This document shows, in pieces, positions 37,901-45,535 of a DNA stretch of 45,535 bases. The DNA lies in the NCBI RefSeq assembly GCF_001194135.2, contig NC_068995.1, positions 17,040,884 to 17,086,418 on the forward strand, given 5' to 3'. The notes below the pieces were generated by a model, which was not told the DNA's origin, did not search any database, and was given only the letters and a program-made list of their open reading frames with translations. The position numbers and the translations under genes were made by a program. The DNA comes from Octopus bimaculoides. Taxonomy: Eukaryota. Position 1 is the stretch's first letter. The number at the start of each line of letters is the position of its first letter.

Positions 37901-38324
37901 TTTTACTTGTTTCAGTCATTGGGTACGACCGTGCTGGGACACTACGTTGAAGAATTTTTTATTCGAACGAATGGACCCAAGCACTTGTTAGTAAGCCTGG
38001 CACTTAATTTATCGGACTCTTTGACGAACCGCTAAATTACGGTAGCGTGAACAAACCACCACAGGTTATCAAGCCGCAGTGGGGTCTCTGTCTCTCTCTC
38101 TCTCTCACACACACACACACTTGCACACACACATACATGCACACATAGATACAAGCACACATACATTCTCCAGGCTTCTTAAAGTTTCCGAATACCAAAT
38201 CCATTCAGCAGGTTCTGGTCGGCCCGAGGCTATACTAGAAGGCCCTTCCTTAAAGTCCCACACGGTGGGATTGAATCCAGAATCCTGTGGCTGTGAAACT
38301 AATGTCTTACCACACAGCGACGCT
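37901..38324 (-). mobile_element. SINE family A variant, diverged
   Basis: ttttacttgtttcagtcattgg tail, gtaagcctggcac, ggtcggcccgaggctatactagaag, cttaccacacagc head. Confidence 0.8.
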
Positions 38325-38543
38325 TGGTCTAACATCAGAAATAAAATATTAGTCATCGCGATAAAGTAAATTTTCTTTTTACTTTAATTTTGTATTTTAA
38401 GATTTCTCAAAGAAAATCATCACTTCTAATCTTCTCAGCTGCTACTCATTCATTAAAATCAGTTGCAGTATTTTGGTTTTGTTATTTTATGTTAATAGTT
38501 CAAAATATTCTCTAATTGAAATGTCGTTAATCCAGAATTTATA

Positions 38544-38754
38544 GGCGGAAGCATAGCTGCTTGATAAGAAAATTGCTTCACGGCTACGTAGTGCGCGTTC
38601 AGTTTCACCGCGTGACACCTTTCACAAGTGTCTTCTACTACAGCTTAGGGCCGACCAAAGCCTAGTGAGTGGATTAGGTAGACATAAACTAAGTCCTCCG
38701 TATACATATATATATATATGTGTATATATACATGTGTATGTGTGTGTGTGTGTG

Positions 38755-38798
<44 letters not shown>

Positions 38799-39030
38799 CG
38801 TGTTTTTGTGTGTGTGTGTCTGCATTTGTCCTCACCAACGTTTGAAAACTGGTGTTAGTGCGTTTACGTCCCGTAACTTAACTGTTCGGCAAATGACGTC
38901 GATATAATAAGTAACATACTTAAGAAATAAAAACAAAGTACTGTGTACGATTTGTTTGAATGAAATTGTTCAAAGCGGTGCCCCAGCATGGTCGCAGTCA
39001 AATGACTGAAAGAAATAAAGGAGATAAAAG
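38544..39030 (+). mobile_element. SINE family A, diverged
   Basis: caagtgtcttctactacagc, ggccgaccaaagcc, gcggtgccccagcatggtcgcagtcaaatgactgaaa. Confidence 0.85.
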
Positions 39031-39151
39031 ACAGTCGTGTAGAAGTCTCATCTCAGCGTATGCAGGATCCCTTCTAATGAAGGAACAGTTCTATGACTCA
39101 AATGGTTATAAAATATTACATGGTGAATATCATTATATTGAACTTTTCTAT

Positions 39152-39375
39152 GGCGGTGAGCTGGCAGAATCGTTAGCACGCCGGGCGAAATGCTTAACGG
39201 TATTTCGTCTGCCGCTACGTTCTGTGTTCAAATTATGGGTAGGGTCGACTTTGCCTTTCATCCTTTCGGGGTCGATAAAAAATAAGTACGAGTTACACAC
39301 TGAAGTTGATACAATCGACTAACTACCATCCCCAAAATGTCTGGCCATGTGCCTATATTTAAAAAAAAACAGATT
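39152..39375 (+). mobile_element. tRNA-derived SINE family B (Deu/Nin-domain-like core)
   Basis: ggcggtgagctggcagaatcgttagcacgccgggcg head; gtcgactttgcctttcatcctttcggggtcgataaa core. Confidence 0.9.
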
Positions 39376-39376
39376 A

Positions 39377-39596
39377 TACTCTTTACTCTTTTACTTGTTT
39401 CAGTAATTTGACTGCGGCCATGCTGGAGCACCGCCTTTAATCGAACAAATCGACCCCAGGACTTATTGTTTGTAAGCCTAGTACTCATTCTATTGGTCTC
39501 TTTTGCCGAACCGCTAAGTTACGGAGATGTAAACACACCAGCATCGGTTGTCAAGCGATGGAGGGGGGGACAAACACACACACACACACACACACG

Positions 39597-39630
<34 letters not shown>

Positions 39631-39794
39631 CATATATACGACGGGATTCTTTCAGTTTCCGCCTACTAAATCTACTCACAAGGCATTGGTCGGCCCGAGG
39701 CTATTGTAGAAGACACTTGCTCAAGGTGCCACGCAGTGGGGCTGAAACTGGAACCATGTGGTTGGTAAACAAGCTACTTACCACACAGCCACTC
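39377..39794 (-). mobile_element. SINE family A, near full length
   Basis: Reverse complement of 36508-36895 along its whole length. Confidence 0.9.
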
Positions 39795-39825
39795 ATTGAA
39801 CTTTTCTCAAAAAGAATTAAGCCGG

Positions 39826-40050
39826 GTTAAGTCAAAAGTGTTCTCGCTTGCTCAGCTGCTCATATTAGAAATACCAGTTACTCTGGGATCTCAGATTCAG
39901 TTATGAATAATAAGATCTAGTATCGAAGGCATTCCAACCGTATCATCTCGTCTTTTATTCAGTCAAGGACTATTTGCATTGTTTTGTTGATTTAAAGATG
40001 AGATTGTGTGGATTAAAGATCACTTAACTAATATTTACAGCAAGGCATGA
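39826..40050 (-). repeat. Fragment of a further dispersed repeat family (D); weaker related piece at ~12230-12345 (+)
   Basis: cgaaggcattccaaccg vs ccgttggaatgtcttt; recognised only from short shared words. Confidence 0.35.
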
Positions 40051-40340
40051 GACAAAGATCTTTGTTCAACATCAAACATTGCTTTGATTAAAGTCTAGAA
40101 AGTTCTCATTAGATAGAAGAGCTGTATGGATATGTGTGTTTACGTATGTGCGTTTATGTTATTTGTGTGATTGTTTGCCGGCGTGTGTGTGTACATATGT
40201 ATACATCTCCATGTGTCTCTTGACGCGCACTTATGCACGGGCAGGCGTATGTGTGTGCGTTTAACGTACATGAAGCATCTATGTACATTATTTACATTAT
40301 TTGCATTCGACGGATATTTGTCCTCATCTTGTTTGTTGCT

Positions 40341-40386
40341 AGCACAACGCTTCGGCTGATATACCCTCCAGCCTTCATCTGGTGTC
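40341..40386 (-). ncRNA. Degenerate hammerhead-like motif, left arm of copy 2
   Basis: Core mutated (CAGAUGA and GAAG), stem II GGCUG/CAGCC intact. Confidence 0.35.
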
Positions 40387-40433
40387 TTGGCGAAATTTCG
40401 AACCTATGTTCTCATTCCTAAGGTATATTTCGA

Positions 40434-40478
<45 letters not shown>

Positions 40479-40638
40479 CATTGTTATTGTCTAGGTCACG
40501 GCTTGGAATCGAAATCGGAATCTTGGGGTTAGTAGCCCGCGCTCTTAACCACTACACCACGGGCATAAGACGTAGTGGATAACAACGCGGGCTACTAACC
40601 CCAGGATTCGGAGTTCGATTCCAAGCAGTGACCTGAAC

Positions 40639-40685
<47 letters not shown>

Positions 40686-40772
40686 TTAAAAAAATAAAAA
40701 TAATAATAATAATAATAATAATAACATCAAAAATACCTTTTGAATGAGAACATTGCTTCGAAATTTCGCCAA

Positions 40773-40818
40773 GACACCTGATGAAGGCTGAAGGGTATAT
40801 CAGCCGAAACGTTGTATT
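40773..40818 (+). ncRNA. Hammerhead-like motif, right arm of copy 2
   Basis: GACAC-CUGAUGA-A-GGCUG..CAGCC-GAAA-CG-UU-GUAUU: core intact. Confidence 0.55.
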
Positions 40819-41019
40819 AGCAACAAAAAAAAAAGATGAGGAGAAATATCCATCGAATATAAATAACGTACATAATTCCTCTCATCTTTTAAATATAGAA
40901 CTGTATGAAGCATTTATGTATAGAAATATCCCTATAGACGCAGAACTTCATTTCTGAAATATTAATTTCATATTTTTGTGTGTACTTTATATACTTGCAG
41001 ATTCATATGCATATATATA

Positions 41020-41034
41020 TCTCTCTCTCTCTCA

Positions 41035-41096
<62 letters not shown>

Positions 41097-41112
41097 TTTC
41101 TATTTATCTATA

Positions 41113-41187
<75 letters not shown>

Positions 41188-41190
41188 ACA
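41020..41190. repeat. (CT)n followed by (TCTA)n microsatellite
   Basis: Directly visible. Confidence 0.95.
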
Positions 41191-42320
41191 CACACGTTGA
41201 AGACATACGCATTCACACACACACAAACACATCTTTATATGGAGAAAGATCAGAGCCTAAAACTAATAGATAGATTGATATGCATGTAGATAGAGCGACA
41301 GACGTATAGGAATTTCTTTCTTTCATTATTGCTATATATTTCTTAAATTTAAACATAAGTTACTTTGATAGAAATTCTTTTAGAATATATAACTTACATC
41401 ATTTATTATAATCTACAATATGGCTTCTTTTTTTTTTTCCTGCAAATCCTCTTATTTCTTGATATACTTTCTTTTTCTACATTTCTTAAAAATAATTTGT
41501 ATTACATTTTGTGAATTATCCGGCATATCATTCCCGGAAACTCATATGAATTTGGATGCTTTAAGAAATTCACGATATTTTCCAAACGAATCTTGGAAAT
41601 TATTCAAGGAGAGAAAAATAGATTTGATATATGTTAGAACAAAATATAAATAATATTATGATATTATATGCACAAGCAACGTGTAAGATTGATTTTAGAC
41701 ACAAACATTCATGCTGTGAAAAAGTAAGAGATGTGTATTTATGTATGTATGTATGTAAGAACGTATATGTATGTATGAATGTATATGTATCTACGTATTT
41801 GTATATATATATATATAAATACACATCTCTTANNNNNNNNNNNNNNNNNNNNNNNNNNNNNNNNNNNNNNNNNNNNNNNNNNNNNNNNNNNNNNNNNNNN
41901 NNNNNNNNNNNNNNNNNNNNNNNNNNNNNNNNNNNNNNNNNNNNNNNNNNNNNNNNNNNNNNNNNNNNNNNNNNNNNNNNNNNNNNNNNNNNNNNNNNNN
42001 NNNNNNNNNNNNNNNNNNNNNNNNNNNNNNNNNNNNNNNNNNNNNNNNNNNNNNNNNNNNNNNNNNNNNNNATATATATATATATACATATATATATATA
42101 CATACATACATGCAAACATAGATGCATACATATTTATATAAATATATGTATATATATATATACGTAGACACAGATGGAGATTGATATATATATAATATTA
42201 TATATATATATATACATTCATTAATACACTTATAAATATATATGTACATATTTAGACATATATATTTAGATACATTTGTATACATGTATATATACATGAA
42301 TGTACATATATATCTACACA

Positions 42321-42368
<48 letters not shown>

Positions 42369-42376
42369 CATATATG

Positions 42377-42410
<34 letters not shown>

Positions 42411-42768
42411 CATATATGCACACACACACACACATATATATTCTGTTACACGTGTATACACACACATATATAAGTAAACATATGTATATACATATGTAAC
42501 TATATAGAAATAGTGAGAGACGGAGAGTGAGACAGACGGGAGAGATATGCAAGGATACTGACAGAGAGACAGCGAGAGATAGAAAGGGTTAGAGGAAGAG
42601 CGTGTGAGGATGAGGGAAAGTGATGTTAGCAAACAAAGAGAGAAATATATGTAGCTGCTGAATGACAGAGGGAGTGGAAAAGTATTTATTAGTGTAAACA
42701 AAAACATGAATGATGAATACAATTAAAGAATAAGATGCAGAAAGATTGAGGGGAGTTCAGGAAGACAG

Positions 42769-42799
<31 letters not shown>

Positions 42800-43754
42800 N
42801 NNNNNNNNNNNNNNNNNNNNNNNNNNNNNNNNNNNNNNNNNNNNNNNNNNNNNNNNNNNNNNNNNNNNNNNNNNNNNNNNNNNNNNNNNNNNNNNNNNNN
42901 NNNNNNNNNNNNNNNNNNNNNNNNNNNNNNNNNNNNNNNNNNNNNNNNNNNNNNNNNNNNNNNNNNNNNNNNNNNNNNNNNNNNNNNNNNNNNNNNNNNN
43001 NNNNNNNNNNNNNNNNNNNNNNNNNNNNNNNNNNNNNNNNNNNNNNNNNNNNNNNNNNNNNNNNNNNNNNNNNNNNNNNNNNNNNNNNNNNNNNNNNNNN
43101 NNNNNNNNNNNNNNNNNNNNNNNNNNNNNNNNNNNNNNNNNNNNNNNNNNNNNNNNNNNNNNNNNNNNNNNNNNNNNNNNNNNNNNNNNNNNNNNNNNNN
43201 NNNNNNNNNNNNNNNNNNNNNNNNNNNNNNNNNNNNNNNNNNNNNNNNNNNNNNNNNNNNNNNNNNNNNNNNNNNNNNNNNNNNNNNNNNNNNNNNNNNN
43301 NNNNNNNNNNNNNNNNNNNNNNNNNNNNNNNNNNNNNNNNNNNNNNNNNNNNNNNNNNNNNNNNNNNNNNNNNNNNNNNNNNNNNNNNNNNNNNNNNNNN
43401 NNNNNNNNNNNNNNNNNNNNNNNNNNNNNNNNNNNNNNNNNNNNNNNNNNNNNNNNNNNNNNNNNNNNNNNNNNNNNNNNNNNNNNNNNNNNNNNNNNNN
43501 NNNNNNNNNNNNNNNNNNNNNNNNNNNNNNNNNNNNNNNNNNNNNNNNNNNNNNNNNNNNNNNNNNNNNNNNNNNNNNNNNNNNNNNNNNNNNNNNNNNN
43601 NNNNNNNNNNNNNNNNNNNNNTATATATTTACATATGTTTGTGCGTATGTGTGTGAATATATATTTACACACACACATATATATATCTATATATCTATAC
43701 ATGCATACACACATACACTCACACACACACACACACACGCACACATACACACAT

Positions 43755-44153
43755 ACTCTTTAACTTGTTTCAGTCTTTGATTGCGGCCATGCTGAAGCAC
43801 CGTCTTTAGTAGAAAAATCTACCGTAGGTCTTATTCTTTGTAAGCTTAGTACTTATTCTATCGGTTTCCATTGCTGAACTGGTAAGTTACGGGGATGTAA
43901 ACAGTCCAACATCGGCAGTCAAGCGATCATGGAAGGGACACAGACACACAAATACACAAACACACACACATACAAACACAAACACACACACACACACATA
44001 TATATATACGATGGGTCTCTTTCAGTTTCAGTCTACCAAGTTCATTTATAAAGCTTTGGTCGACCCGAGGATAGAGTAGTAAACACTTGCCCAAGTTAAC
44101 TCACTGTGGGATTGAACCCGGAAGCGTGTGGATGAGAAGCAAGCTTCTCACCA
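43755..44153 (-). mobile_element. SINE family A, diverged
   Basis: cttgtttcagtc..tgcggccatgctgaagcacc, agtacttattctatcgg, cacttgcccaag, gcaagcttctcacca. Confidence 0.85.
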
Positions 44154-44371
44154 ATATAAATACACACACACACACACAGACACACACACATACACACACA
44201 CATGCACATGTACATATATACACTTTTATAAACATACATATGCATATATGGACGCACACATATGTATGCATATATACGTTTATAAGCAAGTATGAAAAGA
44301 TATCTGAATAAAGACACACACACACACACACACATACATTTACCAAATATCCGTATATGTGAAACATACAC

Positions 44372-44417
<46 letters not shown>

Positions 44418-45535
44418 NNNNNNNNNNNNNNNNNNNNNNNNNNNNNNNNNNNNNNNNNNNNNNNNNNNNNNNNNNNNNNNNNNNNNNNNNNNNNNNNNNN
44501 NNNNNNNNNNNNNNNNNNNNNNNNNNNNNNNNNNNNNNNNNNNNNNNNNNNNNNNNNNNNNNNNNNNNNNNNNNNNNNNNNNNNNNNNNNNNNNNNNNNN
44601 NNNNNNNNNNNNNNNNNNNNNNNNNNNNNNNNNNNNNNNNNNNNNNNNNNNNNNNNNNNNNNNNNNNNNNNNNNNNNNNNNNNNNNNNNNNNNNNNNNNN
44701 NNNNNNNNNNNNNNNNNNNNNNNNNNNNNNNNNNNNNNNNNNNNNNNNNNNNNNNNNNNNNNNNNNNNNNNNNNNTATCTTTTCTACATCGTATGTCACT
44801 ATCCCCTTGCGTGAGCGCCTCCGTATACAAGTGTGCGTGTGTGCATAACGTGCGAACTTGGAGAGATATAGAGGTGAGCCTGGTAAGCCAGTAAAAATAG
44901 AGAGAAGAGTGTCGAAGAAGCTCACAAGCAATGTCGTCACTTTGCACCACTCCACCGACAACCCTCTCCTTTCGCTAGAACCTAATTAGTTTTACATGAA
45001 CTGGAAACTAAAGCAAAACAAAACAAAAACATAAACACGATAAAATTATGAATAACCTCTAAACAAAACCACCATACAAAAATCCACAGACAAACAAAAA
45101 TAGAAACACGCTTAAAAACAAAACAAAAAAACGAAAAATATTTATTAAAATAAATAACTGGAAGAATATGCATTTGAGGCAATTTGTCACATTCACATGA
45201 ATTTTAAGCACATCATTTCATGATTGTTGATAACTAGTTGCAAAAGATGAATACGAAAATAAATAAATAAATACAAAGCCTAACAAATGTATAAAGAATA
45301 TAAGGAAAAACAACTATGCTAAAATAAAATAAGCAATCAATATTAATATTACGCAAAACGGTAAATAAATACATACACACAAAAACACAAACTCACACGC
45401 ACAAACACCCACACACATACACACACAGACGCATACAGATATCCGTGCACATATATGTATATTTATGTCCGTCTATGTGTGTCTGTGTGTGTGTTTGTGT
45501 GTGGGTGTGTAAATATATATATATATATATATATA

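Larger units (their letters stand above)
40286..40904. mobile_element. Palindromic (fold-back) element 'C', most complete copy: divergent tRNA-like heads + (AAT)n + hammerhead motif in each arm
   Basis: 40286-40560 is the reverse complement of 40561-40870 (same ggatatttgtcctcatcttg, hammerhead motif, gaaatttcg, aatgagaac, ATT/AAT tract and gcgggctactaacccca blocks). Flanked by atgaagcatYtatgta at 40270-40285 and 40905-40920. Confidence 0.9.

Overview
AT-rich eukaryotic draft-assembly sequence, most likely intronic or intergenic DNA of an Octopus genome. The organism is inferred from SINE families I recognise and from the extreme microsatellite load; it is not database-confirmed. About 4.9 kb is N in 12 gaps, most next to (TA)n or (GA)n runs. 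There is no prokaryotic feature, intact RNA gene or long real CDS: almost every ORF in the supplied track is a microsatellite or N-run artefact. The exception is a 3' fragment of an R4/Dong-like non-LTR retrotransposon at 23.6-23.85 kb, sitting in (TAA)n. The window holds at least four tRNA-derived SINE-like families (about 25 copies or fragments), two MITE-like inverted-repeat elements, a probable Helitron 3' end, a 151-bp satellite that folds back on itself, and several local duplications. The most striking object is a palindromic element present as two full copies and one half copy. Two tRNA-like heads diverge from a central axis, each followed by (AAT)n and a Penelope-type minimal hammerhead ribozyme motif. 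Both full copies have 12-16-bp flanking direct repeats and a ~34-nt tail on one arm only. Four short minus-strand exon candidates are phase-compatible but low confidence.
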